Notes under the pieces: generated by a model
Database searches by the model: none
Seen by the model: the letters and a program-made list of their open reading frames with translations, nothing else
Told to the model about the DNA's origin: nothing
Assembly: GCA_012026655.1 (NCBI GenBank)
Contig: JAAILG010000147.1
Location: 1-64,000 of the forward strand
Direction of reading: 5' to 3'
Length of the DNA: 64,000 nucleotides
Origin: Hydrolagus affinis
Taxonomy: Eukaryota
Part shown: in pieces, positions 1 to 12,514 of the stretch
Position numbering within the stretch: the first letter of the stretch is position 1
Layout of the letters: each line of letters starts with the position of its first letter
Made by a program: the position numbers and the translations under genes

Positions 1-204
1 TGAGTGTGAGAGACAGAGAGAGAGAGATATTTACCTCCTGAGGAGATAGGCCCCGAATACACGCGCACCTCCGAATGCGATCGCATCTCGCGACGCGCGC
101 GCATGCGCAGTACAAAAAAACAGAGAATATCGATATTTCGGTATATCTCGATATGAGCCCGTCGATATATCTAAATCAGAAAATTTCCATATCGACGGAC
201 CCTA
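1..204. mobile_element. Right end of a CpG-rich non-autonomous DNA transposon (hAT-like)
   Basis: CpG-dense island with repeated ATATCG/CGATAT subterminal motifs, ending ...ATATCGACGGACCCTA at 204 (reverse complement TAGGG..., typical of many vertebrate hAT elements). The left end is outside the window, so TIR and TSD cannot be confirmed. Confidence 0.5.
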
Positions 205-828
205 AGGCAGAGTATGTTTGGAGACTGATGAATGTGGATTCATTGATTCATAAATTGTATGTAATCAATTGGATTCTTACATAGAAGGAGTGACCCTTCA
301 GCTCGTTTCTGCACTGAAACCAGTACCAGAGCAGGAGGCTTGTTGAAGCTCAATGCTGGTGGAACAGAGAATTATATTCATTGTACAATTTACAAGAATT
401 GATGTGCCGGGTAGTCAATGAGCCCGAGATTGAAGGTTCGGAGTTTACTCTGTGGGTATGATGGGGGAATGGAAGCAAGGAATTACCATCAGGTCAGACC
501 CTGTCATCACATACACAAATCCATCTGTGGTTTCTGATTAATGCTAAGCTTACCAATTCGGGATGTCTCTTTCGAGTAATAAGGGCAGCAGAATGCACAT
601 CATATTCCACTGACTGCATCAGCTCATATTACTTCCTACGACGTTTGCTCCCTAAATCTTGTTGCCACTGAATGCACTGATGGTCAGTGAGGCTTAACAA
701 AGATTTTCTTCGCTCTCTTTTGTTATACCTGTGAAACTTTGCTTGTTAGGCTGTGAACTAAATGTAAGACTGGGAGTGACAAGCATTATGATAGACACCA
801 TACGTCATTTCCATCACACATGTGTAAG

Positions 829-1140
829 ATAATAATCCTTGCATTCGATATTGCGCTTTTCACGTCTTTTAGACGTCTCAAAGCACTTCACAGAATATGT
901 TGTAAAGTGAATTGAGTGTATATTTGTGGGCGAAACGCGGCAGCCAATTGTGCACAGCAGTGTCCCATAAACAGCCGTAGATTTAAATGATCAATTTTAT
1001 TATTGATTTTTTTTTGAGGGATTGTTATTAGGTATGTGGAGTAAGGAAACTTGCCCAAAGTTTCACCCTGACCTACCTGGATTTGAACACAGGTCTCACA
1101 CTTGTAAAGTGAGTACTCCAACCACTGAGCTACAGGACTC
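829..1140 (-). mobile_element. Full-length tRNA-derived SINE (Deu-domain type, L2-like tail)
   Basis: Minus strand reads GAGTCCTGTAGCTCAGTGG (A box)...GTTCAAATCC (B box), then GCTGTGCACAATTGGCTGCCGCGTTT (Deu-domain-like), then a tail ending GCAAGGATTATTAT. Near-identical copies at 36419 and 58962. Confidence 0.9.
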
Positions 1141-1984
1141 TTCCTCTACCTGTGTCAGTTGGGATAAGGGCAGAACTGAAACTGGGCACTTTCTGTTTGA
1201 GTTTGAAAGGTATTAGCACTTAACAGATGAAGGGAAACAATTTGGTCTGCCATTGTTGTAGATAATGCACTAAAATCCTTCTTGTGTGACTTGAGGGTTT
1301 AACTATTGTCATTGTCTCAGGTCTAATTTGACTGTGTAGTGGAGTCGAGGCAGTTGTGGTTGGCCTTTAAGTGGCAACATTTGAGATTGTGGGTTCGGAG
1401 TGTGGTGGGACTGATATGTTACACTGCCTTAATCTTATACAATGTTTGATGATAATTCAGACCACATTTAGTAAGTACTGAGCAAGTTTGAAAGTATTCC
1501 AGGAACTGAATGATAGGGTCTGTAAGATAAAATGCAGAAACAAATAGGCTTGGTTTTGATGTTGGCTTTCCTATGTGTTTTAAAAACCACCAAGAAATAT
1601 GAGCTAAGCGACTTGGAGCATTCTTGTTCTGCTAAAAATAAGACAGACAGCAGTGATAAGACATTGTGGCTGGAATTTTCTCTCTCCTAGTCCTTTCCCT
1701 CCCCTCCACCCACAAAATACGCTTTATGTTCCATTAAGTCCTTTTAGAACACAGTTCAAATATTAAATTTTATGCTGCACAAATTCAAATGACCTTATCA
1801 GTCCAACTGGAAGATTGTTGCTGAAACATTATATACAAATGTTTATATAATATAGGCATGGTCTTTCTTGCCAAAAAGAAATTGATTGAGACACATGGGA
1901 GAGGAGCTGAATTTTGCAAGAAAGTGTGGTATCTATTTTTTAAAAACAGCTCAGAAGGGTTTTCCCTACAGCCTGATCAGCAAT

Positions 1985-2200
1985 GCACCACTCAAAGTAC
2001 CACTAAACGGTATGGTCTAGAAGATCACAGGTTTGAATTCTGGTCTCTAATGAGCTAACTGTGTCCAGTTGAGATATCACTCAGGCTGCTAAATTGGCCT
2101 CTGTACTTTCTAGGCTTGGGAGAGGATGAATCAACCAGAGCTTCTAATCACTAACCAGCAACCCACGCTGTATGTATGTATGCATGCATGTTGATAGCAT
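1985..2200 (+). mobile_element. Old, degenerate SINE of a second family
   Basis: B-box-like CAGGTTTGAATTCTGGTCT followed by GCTAAC...AATTGGCCTC...AACCAGAGCTTC; loosely similar to 41200-41375. Confidence 0.4.
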
Positions 2201-3596
2201 TAGATCACTGGGGTGAGGATTCAGGTAAGTGTAAACACTGAGCCCTGAGGTGCAAAACCAGCACGTATTTGTATGCTACAGGCCATTATTGAGCCATTCG
2301 ATCAGGAAAGTTCCGGATTTGCTTTGTGATACACTAAAAAAAGGGGCCTTTCCCAACTCAAACAGTAGTGAGGCCACTATACTCGGCAACAGTTAATAAT
2401 GGCAAATTTACCCAAGGTTTTGCTGGATGGCTTGAGACTATGGTGGATCATCTTGCAGACGCCAGAGAAGGAAGGTTGAGATGAAGAATACAAAGACAAA
2501 GAAAAATCAAGTGCATCTTTCCCTTTTGGATGCCAAATCTCACAAGCATTACTGCCATACAGATGTAGAATAAGCAATTACAAAGAAAATCTACCTTCTG
2601 CTCTGTCTAATGTCAGAAGAGCATCCAGTCCCTAGTGCATTAGCTTTGTTTCCATGTCACACACCAGTCATCGTTTGTAGTTTCTCTGAATGTCATTACA
2701 AAATATGGGCCACTTTTGTTTACGTGGATCTGCATTCAGTGTGAACTATGTTGAAACAGCATTGTGAACCCTTGCAGCCAGCATAGAGGGGAGTCTTTTT
2801 TACCCTGATCAAAATGGTCTAAATACAAAGCCAATCCCAGTGGTGAAAGGGCAATGTCCTAATCCACTGTCTGTTAGTCTGGCTGTTATGTTTTCATACA
2901 AATGTCAGGTATGCTGAGCCCCGAGGTACAAAAGCTCATATGTTTTTAATGCACGTAAGTCACGAGGGTTTGATATTTTGACAGTTACGACCTTCAGCTT
3001 TGGGAAATCACAGGAAAAGGCTGTCGTTTTACAATTTCTTCTTAAAGCCCATGTGTTGTCCATTTTTAGCAAGGGAAAATGTTGAAAGTGCTAGAGGCTC
3101 CTCCAGCCCCTTTGCATCTTCACCCGATGCCATAACCGCAACTGCTCCAGACCAATTGTTTGTAAACTCCTTTTGTGGGCAGGATGATTCTCAAGTGATT
3201 GTGATTTCATTGTTCCTTCAATGACAGTCCTTCTGAAACAAATGGTTTTGATAAGCAGTTCCATTTGGTTCCATTGGTTCTTTTCTCAATGTAGTTTCCT
3301 GCTTCCTTGGATTCTTCCCCATAGAAACAACACACTTCTATACTTGATATGTTCTACTGTTCCAGGCAAGTAGACCAAAAACAGTGAAAACTGCTTACAT
3401 TGATACTAAGAGCGAAATCACACTCTGATTAATGAACTGGCCTGAATCTGTTTTCTTTTATTAAAGTAGTATTGTATTGGATACTAGCTAGTTTCTGGAC
3501 AGGAATCGCCCTTGAATCACAACAACAATGCTGTATAAGACATTGCTTTAAGTGTCTCTTAAATGCAATTGATGACAATCGCATTCTACATTTCAT

Positions 3597-3875
3597 ACAA
3601 TACAATACAAAATTACATTTATAGTATCTTTCATGTCAGGAGGATGACCCCAAGACAGTATAGACAGTATAGGCTGAATAGCCAGTATTTCGAACCCAAG
3701 CTGGGGGTCGGGATGAGGGAGGATAGAGGGCAGGGGGTGGGTTAGGAGGGTGACCAAAGGCACAGTCAAAGAGGAGGGTCTTGAGATGGGTCTTGAAGGA
3801 GGCAAGAGAGCGGCGAAGTGGAGGGACCCTAGGATGGAGTTCCAGACAGTGGTTGAATGCTCACCCTCCAATGGT
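3597..3875 (-). mobile_element. L2 LINE 3' fragment
   Basis: Tail CAAAATTACATTT...TTTCATGTCAGGAGGATG matches the other L2 3' ends; antisense translation TVWNSILGSL resembles the L2 ORF2 C-terminus (LWNSIPQSL in other copies). Confidence 0.8.
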
Positions 3876-4111
3876 TAATTCTTGATTCTGTTCTTTACAA
3901 AGTTGTGATTCACTGTCTCCTTAATTAATCTTTCCACTTGAAACTAGATCACAACCATATTCTCATTCCCATAGTACATTGTTTCATGTGTATCCTGCAC
4001 CTTTCTGCACCGAGCCTGTGGAGCTACATCTTGTTAACTACCAAGCTTACTCATGAGATATACACTGTGAATTTTTGCACAAGTCCTTGCTTGGTATGGT
4101 TATCCTTCTTG

Positions 4112-4160
4112 CCTGTCCTCCCGACATGAAAGGCGCTCTATAAATGTAATTTTGTTGTTG
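4112..4160 (+). mobile_element. L2 3'-tail-only insertion
   Basis: TGTCCTCCCGACATGAAAGGCGCTCTATAAATGTAATTTTGTTGTTG, same tail as 11680-11730, 24320-24375 and 42575-42627. Confidence 0.75.
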
Positions 4161-5384
4161 CCAATCAAACTGTATAAACTGTATGTTGGCAGAGAGATAC
4201 CAGGGAAAGCCTAATTATGTTACCGTGATGCCAACATGAAACTTTCCGCACAGAGACTAATGTTTTATGCCAGTTTCTTGTAGCTCCAGACAACCAGAAC
4301 ATGAGCTGTCTGGAATTGGAATATTAACAGAAATACTCAAAACTCATTCGAGCCGTCAGGATCACACTTGTACTTTGAAGCCTCAACCAGTTGCAATGTC
4401 ATTTCTCTTTTGCTTTGCTGACCAGGAAATAAATGAAGCATCCTAGAAATTTTTGTCAACACCTGTTAGTGTTGCAAGTATTTCTCTGCAGGTGTGTGCC
4501 ATATTTACTGAATATATTTGAAGATGGCCTCTTGAGCACCAATGTTACCTGTTGAGTGCACTAATTGGACTGATTAATGAGAACACAACAAGAACAGCTA
4601 TTTGGAGTTGACACTCTGCCTCTATCCCTCGGACAGGCATATCTGTCACCGCTTTATTCCTGGTCCACATTAACTGCGCTGTTGTGTGCAGTTTTGCCTG
4701 TAAAATATCAAAGAGAAGACTGAGCTGGATGGTTTTTGAGCCAGAGCTTGAAATTATCCATTAAAACAGAAGATGAAGAGAGACATGATCTAATCCTTCA
4801 AAATGATGAGAACCAGAGATGAGGTAAACAGATTATTTGACTCTTTCATAAAAGCAGATCTAGAGGGAATAAGTAAAGAGTGATTAGAGATTGAAAGATT
4901 GTTTTCCCTAGAGAGTAGTAGATATGTTGAAGAGATTCCAAACAAAAGCAGCTAAAGCTATCAATTAACTCCTTCAAAGAATCTGCTTTGGAACAGTTTG
5001 AGATAATATGAGGATCAGTGCAGACTGAGATACTCCATAGCATGCAATTCCTATGTGAGGAGGAATGATTTCTATGGAGGGAAAGAAGCCAGAGTTGAAT
5101 AATGGAGACTTATTTTTCTGGATTGACTTGGGGGTTTAGAGAGTTTCCTATGTGAAACTTTACGAGGGAGGTGAAGGAAGTCTGTGATAGCGTATGTTTT
5201 GTGTGGATGGTGAAGAAAGTGGATTTGTTGGAGTGAATGACGTTTTCTCATTTCATATTGTAAATATATGGCTATACCAATATGTAATCCCTTTTTCTTT
5301 ATTGTGTGAAACAGTAGACATAGACATACTAATATAAAGTTATGTACTTGTAATATAAGTCGACTAATAATAGTAACAGAATAT

Positions 5385-5558
5385 TCTTTGTCTCCTTTGC
5401 CTTCCGTGTCTTGCCTCTCCCCCCCTTTAACGTTCTTAAAAAACCTCTCCCTCCAAACAAGCTCCAGTTCAAGGGTTGTAGACCCAAAACGTTGACTCCT
5501 TTTCCTTTCTCCATGGATGCTGTTTGACCTACTGAGTTTCCCCATCAACTTTTGCTTT
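5385..5558 (+). mobile_element. Penelope-like element pseudo-LTR remnant (decayed hammerhead motif)
   Basis: Pyrimidine tract then CCAGTTC-AAGGGTTGTAGACCCAAAACGTTGACT...CTCCATGGATGCTGTTTGACCTACTGAGTTTCCCCATC, resembling fish/shark Penelope LTR ends as I recall them (CTGATGAAGGGT..ACCCGAAACG..GATGCTGCCTGACCTGCTGAG). Confidence 0.6.
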
Positions 5559-6922
5559 TGTAACGGAATAATGTCAAGAGAAGTGTCCAGATGAATGCCT
5601 GGAGAAGGGTCATGCTTGGCCTGATTGGGTTTGTTAGCAGCTAGTCACGTACTGGTGACTGTGAAAGAACAGATTAGTACGAGCTGCTGAGATAAGGTAT
5701 GGACAACATCTGCACACACCCAATTAACCATTGTATGGGAGAGCCATTTCAAGGTCTGGGAAAAGAAGGGAGGCACGTACAATTAGGAAAGATCATGAAG
5801 ATAGGAGGAGAATGGACATGAATGGCATGAATCAATTATGTGAAGACCATAAGAAGAGGATAGCCAATCAAAAAGGTTAGGTAAAGCAAAGGTACAAGGA
5901 GGTACAAAAGGATAACAAAGTCAGTTGAGGTAGAGAGTAGAGCAAGCATCACAAAGAATCAGGAGACATCCTGATGACCAATGAGGGAATTTGTTTTAGA
6001 GTAAGCGAGGCTGGTGGAGAAGCTTAAAGATAGGAGGGAAAGATTGGCTCAACACAACAGTTGGGGAATATCTCGGGGTGGAAGCCGAGATCTCGAACCT
6101 GCCACTGTCGTCCAGAACTACTGGAATGGGTGGTATGGTTTCAGTCATTCTGTTTTACAGACAGGGAAGGGTCAGTTACAAAAGCAAGCAACTGGTCAAA
6201 CACAGTGAATAGGTAGACAGCACGAGAATGGTGCTGTGGTATGCTGTATGTCCTGAGGTAGACAGGGTTGTTGTCTGTGAATGGAGAGAGAGAGAGAGAG
6301 AGGAGACCAGTTTATGGGAACGAAAGGAACCTCTTGGGACAAACAAAAGGAGAGATGGGTGAGGAGGTGCCCCTCAGCCTTAGTCAACCTAAGTGCTTGA
6401 CTGATCAGAGACCGAGTTTTGCAGTGGCTCTGAGAGCCCTCAGTTAACAGGAGCTGAGTTGAGCTACTGAGGAAGGGTGGTACGATGAAGGTGTCAGGTT
6501 CAGCAGTCGACAGAAATAACAGGCAATTGCCAAGGAGGAGGAATAGATAGAGAGCAGGGATGTGGTCGAGACCATCTGGCAACTCGTGAATGAGTGGGGC
6601 GAAAGCAACCAGATCTTGAGACGACTTTTCACCAGGAGCTTAATCGGTAGTACAGTATATTGCACACTCATGCATCCACACACCGTGGTGAGGGAGAAGT
6701 ACGCATATGCGGAGTAGATATGTTACTAATCCTTAGAGTATAAGCTTGTTTATCTTGTTGCATTTTGTTTGTGTATCCCATATGGTGTGATTGGTTGATT
6801 ATTGTTATAACTATTAGTACCTAGTTGTTTGTATCTACTTTATATTACTGTCAATAAAGATAGTTTCAGATCTGACAAAGTATCTGGTTACCGACTGATT
6901 CTGTATCCACACAAAAATTACA
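5559..6922 (+). mobile_element. Probable solo LTR (1364 bp)
   Basis: Starts TGTAAC, ends TTACA (5-bp terminal inverted repeat, TG...CA), with AATAAA at about 6853, some 70 bp before the 3' end. Purine-rich interior distinct from the flanks. No matching TSD (CTTT vs ATAT). Confidence 0.55.
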
Positions 6923-7929
6923 ATATTTGTACTTTTTTTTACCCCTGGGGGCACGCTTGGTGACTCCACAGTGGGCTGTCCGCACATTAAGTAGAGAAAT
7001 TTCCACTTGTTCTTTACACGATTAGCAGCACTAGATTGATATTTTCACATAAGAATCTTGTTTAATTTTAAGATGGAATGTGACTGCAACGGTTGGCAAA
7101 CGCCACTGTCTATGAATCAATGTAAATGGGCAAGTGCTTGGATCTGACCCTTTTCTTTCATCCCAATTGACATTTCATATTTCCCACCGATGCTTCAAAA
7201 TATACTATTACAACTCCAACGTGTTTGCTGGCATGAGCCTAATTTGGGGTTTGAATAAATTAACTTGAGGTCGGCATTAACCTATGCTGCCGGGTTTGCA
7301 TTGCTGGCTCCCCTGCACTATGCCGTCACATCAAGCAAGTGAAGTTCAGGGGCAGAGTTTACAGAGTTAATTCCGATGGTCCAAGCAACAAATTGTTATC
7401 TATTTAAATATGCACATATGTTTCTTTAAATATGTATTTCGTTATCCATTCTTGTTATGATTCACCATTGTCTTTCTACTGCAATGAAAAGAAGAAATGC
7501 GAGATATGTTTGGCCTCCTCTTTGCTATAGCAATACAAAAAGGATGTACAGTATAGTACTTTGTATTCTAAGATGCTCAATGTGCTCCTAAAGGGGTCAG
7601 TGTGAGAGGTTTCATCATTTCTACTTTTAAGCTGCTTTACATTGCTGGACATACAGGATTTCCAAATGATTGACTTAGGTATTTGCATGTAAAACGGATG
7701 TAATGACTAAAAATACAATGTCCAGTCAACCAGAGAAATCAGAATAGATGCACAACAGCTTCAGACTCAATCTACCTCCCAAGATACCCATTCCGATTCA
7801 ATGTATTAAGTAGAGCAATTAGTCAATGAGTAATTGTGGTCTACAAATAAAGAAACACATTGATTCAGGTGACATCTGACAGATTGATAGTTTTTTCTAC
7901 AATATGCATTAATTTATTTTATCTGCCAA

Positions 7930-8045
7930 GGTTTCTGAAATGGAAAGAAAAACATGGAATGTTGGAAACCTACAGCTCACAGTTTGTCAATAAGCATCTG
8001 AGGAGATAAATGGGTTAATGTTTCAACTTGGACCAATCAGCAGTG
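7930..8045 (-). mobile_element. Degenerate Penelope pseudo-LTR remnant
   Basis: Minus strand CTGCTGATTGGTCCAAGTTGAAACATTAACCCATTTATCTCCTCAGATGCT...GTTTCCAACATT, same architecture as 5460-5555. Confidence 0.45.
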
Positions 8046-10328
8046 CTAAAACGGGTCTGGGGGGCACCTCTATATAGGTCCGAAGAGAGCATGTCACAAA
8101 CTGACAATCTAAGCATGAAAGCTAACAAGGTAAAGTGTACATCCAAATACATGGTCATCGCAATTGTTATTGGTTGTCAGATGCCCCTTTTGTTCTGAGA
8201 AAGATAAAGATGGAAAAGCAGTGTATATTTCTATTTATTCAAGGAATCTCACTGGTGTACTTTGTAAATTATGTAATGGTGCCATACTTCCACACAACGC
8301 ATAATAACTGGTTGCAGAGATTTTTATCTAAGAGGTTTGTCCAAATTGTTTGCAAATGCAACAAATAAAGTTTTCTTTTTGGACTATTTCTGTTCCTGGT
8401 GAAGTCGCTGACTCTTTGCTGGGGGTGCAGTTCCACAGCACAATTGCTCTATTGTGGCTTCTATTCCTCACCCACTCCACCCCGACTCCCATGCGGCCAT
8501 TCTTCATGTGTGAGCCAAGACATTAAGAGTTGGCAGACCATTCAAGTATTGGGCGTTGCAGCCAAGCCAATTCCTATGGGGGTTTTTTTGGCTGATGTCC
8601 TGATTCATTTCTCCAGCAGGGGCCACACTTTACAAATTAACATGGATATTGTTTGGGGGGGATGGGTGGTGGGGGAAGGTATTTGAAGTTATGCCAACCT
8701 GGTGTCCCAGAATGTGAGGTCAAACGTCTGCACTTGCCATGTGCGTCAAGGGTCTCTTTTCATTAGGGGAGCTAGAAAACCTGAAGCCAAGTGGTTTCCC
8801 ACAAGAAAGGAGGCCCTGTCTGATACTATCCATCCACAGAGACTGGCTAGGGGCTGATTTTGCTGGGGATCGGAGATCACATTGCCCAGACATACTCTTA
8901 GGGTAACGAATAGTGTGTGACGTGCATCAACCCAAATAAAGGAAAGGTTGGGGAGGAGGTGGAGAAGGAGAAAAAAAGTAATTTCCTGAGTGATGGGCCT
9001 GCTAGCTATGTTTTTAAAATTGACAAACCTTGTGGGGTCTGTTTCCAATCAGATCACTAGATCAAATGTGCTGAGCTATATATCAGTTGCAGAAAAAAAC
9101 TATGAACAAAGTTTGAAATAAAATGCTTCAGCTCTACACCAAAAGAAAATGTCCCAGATATTCAGAGAGCGTTTCCATTGTGTGACCATATCAAATTACA
9201 GTTTAGCTATTGCCTGCAAATGCCTGGATACCTGTGCCCTAATCCACTTCTGTGCTCTGACCATCCGCATTCACGAGGTTTGCAGTCAACTCATTGCTGA
9301 AATACATATTGACAGACAATGGATTATTCTGGGAAGATAAATCACTCCAAGCATATCTGTCAGTGTGCACGTACTATTATGTGAGTGCGCCTGAAGGCAG
9401 GTTATACTATTGGAATGTGCTGTGAGTGTATGAATATTTATTGCACACTGCTACATCTTGCGTTTAGCATTTTTGTCTGCAGAAGCAAGCGACTGGCCAT
9501 AGAAATGTCTGACACGCTTTGCCCATATGATTACTCCAAGATGGCCAATATGATCTGGTCCCATTGCTTGTGCTGCTCTCATTAATTTTCATCAGGTGAA
9601 GCTGGCTGGCTGCGAAGCAAATGATTTTCAGTAGATTGCGGATTATTTTCTGTGGAATAATCACATAGCGATTGTTGACAGAATATAAATTGTGCCGGCG
9701 CTCTGCATGTTGAGAAAGCTGCAGGCACCGGCAGCACCTCTTGACTGTGAGAGAATAAGATATTAACAAGTGGCTAATCCCGATGCTCTTGACCCTGATC
9801 TGATCTTCTGCTCAGAGTCCAACCCATACAAAAAGGTTGCCCACAACTAGCTGTGGCTGAAGTTAGTCAAAATGTTGCTTTCCACAGTTAGCTTTTCAAA
9901 AGTTTCGAATGTTCCTGTTTCTTAGGTTTTGAGAATAGTGTTTTTTTCTTGGGTTTAATTGTAAGATACTTCAATTAACGTAAATGACATGTTCAATCTG
10001 AATGAAAATACACACCTTTGATAGATTGAAGGAAGAATAAACAATTATTCTTTCCTCAGAATAACTTTGATCTAACCTGAAAAAGTAATGGTCAGTTAGA
10101 TTTACTTGGTCAATAATACTGAGATAACATTTGCGACATTCCTTGATCTATTTAAGAAATGTTTTAAGTTTACGTAATACCAGTAGGTGACACAGCTCTA
10201 GTTAATGTGTTTATTTTCACATAGTCCCAGTACCACCACTAAGTGTAACCCTGAGGCAAGTTTAAAATATATATGCTGTATATTTTTTTTACATTTTAGG
10301 TCTTTCATTTAATGTATCTCCATCCACG

Positions 10329-11730
10329 TTACCATTCCATCCCTCCTACATCGCCTCTCCTTCTTCCTCAATCTCCGCGGACCTGCCCTTGCCTGGTTCA
10401 ACTCCTACCTCTCTCATTGCCTGCACTTTGTCGCCACCAAAGTTTTCTCTTCCGGCCCCCGCACTGTCACCTGTGGCATCCCCCAGGGCTCTGTCCTTGG
10501 CCCCTTACTTTTCAGCATCTACATGAATCATAGAATCACAGAATCTTATGTCACAAATGGAGGCCATTCGGCACTTCGAGTCTGTGCCGGCTCTTTGAAA
10601 AGAGCAATTCAATCCCACTCCCCAGCTCTCTCCCCATAATCGCGCAAACCCGTCCTCCTCAAATAAATGTCTAGCTCTCTTTTAAAAGTTGTAATCGAAT
10701 CAGCCTCCACCACCTTTTCAGGCAATGCATTCCAACATGCTCGCACTTGGTGACATCATCTGCAGACATGGGGTTAACTTCCACATGTATGCGGACGACA
10801 CCCAACTCTATCTCTCTGCCTCTATCCTCGACTCCGGGACTACCAGTATCCTGACAGACTGTCTGTCAGACATCAAGTCCTGGATTAGAGCAAACTTTCT
10901 ACAGTTCAATGTCAACAAGACAGAGGCCCCACTGATTGGCTTGCACCAGCGCCTTCTTGCATCAGGCGCTGGCAGCATCAACCTCCATGGTTACACACTC
11001 GACCTCACCAAGCCAGTCAGGAACCTAGGTGTCTTGTTTGACCCTCAACTATCTTTCCTCCCTCACATCCAAGCAATGACTAACTCTGCCTTTCCCCACC
11101 TGCACAACATTTCCCAACTCCGCCATTACCTCACCCCTAAAGCCGCTGAAACCCTTATCCATACCTTCATCTATCCCGGCTCGATTATGCAAATGCCTTG
11201 CTGGTTGGCCTTCCCAATTCCTCCCTCCACAGGCTGCAGATTAATCCAGAACTCTGCAGCCAGTGTCATCTACCGTTCCAAACTCTGTGATCCCATCTCC
11301 CCCATCCTTGCCCGACTCCACTAGCTCCCCATCATCCAGAGGATCCAATTCAAGATCCTAGTCCTCACATTTAAAGCCCCACCCTACATCCGTGACCTCC
11401 TATCCCCTTACCAACCTGCCCTCCCACTCCGTGCAGCAGGCTCTAGCCTGCTCCGTGACCCCCACCCCACCATTGGTGGGCGAGCCTTTAGCTACTCTGC
11501 CCCCAACCTCTGGATCTCCATCCCACAGTCCTTCCACCTCGCTCCCTCCCTAGCTTCCTTCAACTCTCGCCTCAAGACTCTCCTTTCGATGGACCCATCA
11601 GCAACTCCTCCCCCCACCCCACCCCACCCGCCATCCTTTCCTCAGCTCAGATCTGAATCAATAACTGTCCAGCGCCTTGGGATGTCCTCCTGATGTGAAA
11701 GGCAAATGTTATTTTGTTATTGTTGTTGTT
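10329..11730 (+). mobile_element. 5'-truncated L2 LINE, reverse transcriptase pseudogene
   Basis: GIPQGSVLGP codons at about 10475-10504; ORF 10725-11324 with FHMYADDTQLY and VRNLGVLFD; frameshifts; 3' tail ending (TTG)n. Confidence 0.95.
10526..10734 (-). mobile_element. CR1 LINE 3' end nested in L2
   Basis: AATCATAGAATCACAGAATC is the reverse complement of the CR1 (ATTCTRTG)n tail; GGAGGCCATTCGGC is the tail stem. Flanked by a 5-bp duplication ACATG (10521-25 and 10735-39) that restores the L2 sequence. Confidence 0.85.
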
Positions 11731-12514
11731 AGGAAGGCAGCTCAAAATGCTTCTTAGCGTTTTTTGGGAAGTCTAGTGAGTATTTTGTAGGCTATTTCCA
11801 CCAGACTACTTTTTATTTGCTTCATATTTTATTCTTGGTGTCCTGGCCAGCAAGCTTTCAGATAAATTGCTCATTTCAAAGCTGCGGTGGATCATTGCCT
11901 TGTGCAAATTGCTGGCTGCAACTATTTAATAAATGCAGTTTATAATTGACAGAAATTCTCTGTGAAAAGCTTTGAGATGTTTTAATGTTATAATAATCCT
12001 TGCATTTGATGTAGCGTTTTTCTTATAAGTACAATCAGCCAAGTTTACAATCAAATTGACCAGTGTTTCGTTAAAAAAAAGCTTGTGAACTTTAGTGCCT
12101 TTTGCTGTACAGCACTGTTTGTGTAATATTCCATGGTTGCTGTGAAGTGTGATCCAATTTCTTATTTATTTTCTTAGATTTCTGTTTCATAATTGTGAGT
12201 ATTTGCGTCATGTTTTAGGCCACCGAGTGGCAGTATCAAGCGTTTGCATTGCAGCAATTGTTCTCTCCCCACAATGGGCTTCAACTGGCAGTTTCCAAAG
12301 AGGTATAATTCAGTCCAGCCGTTCTTTCTGAGTGTGAGAATGCATATTTTCAGGGAACTGTGTGCTGTTTTGCACCAGGAAACTGAGATGCAGCTTTTCA
12401 CCCTGTCAGACTGGGCTGCACTCAAACCTGACGGTGAATAGATAGGTGCAAGTTACATAATAACACCCACTATTTCTCCCAATGGTTGTGCCCAACGATC
12501 CTCTACATTAATTA

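Noticed and set aside
4800-5330. Penelope RT remnant on the minus strand
   Set aside because: Only faint peptide resemblance with no diagnostic motif; not supportable by eye.
10725-11324. 199-aa ORF as an expressed gene
   Set aside because: Its ATG comes from the nested CR1 fragment, and the L2 frame shifts near the end.
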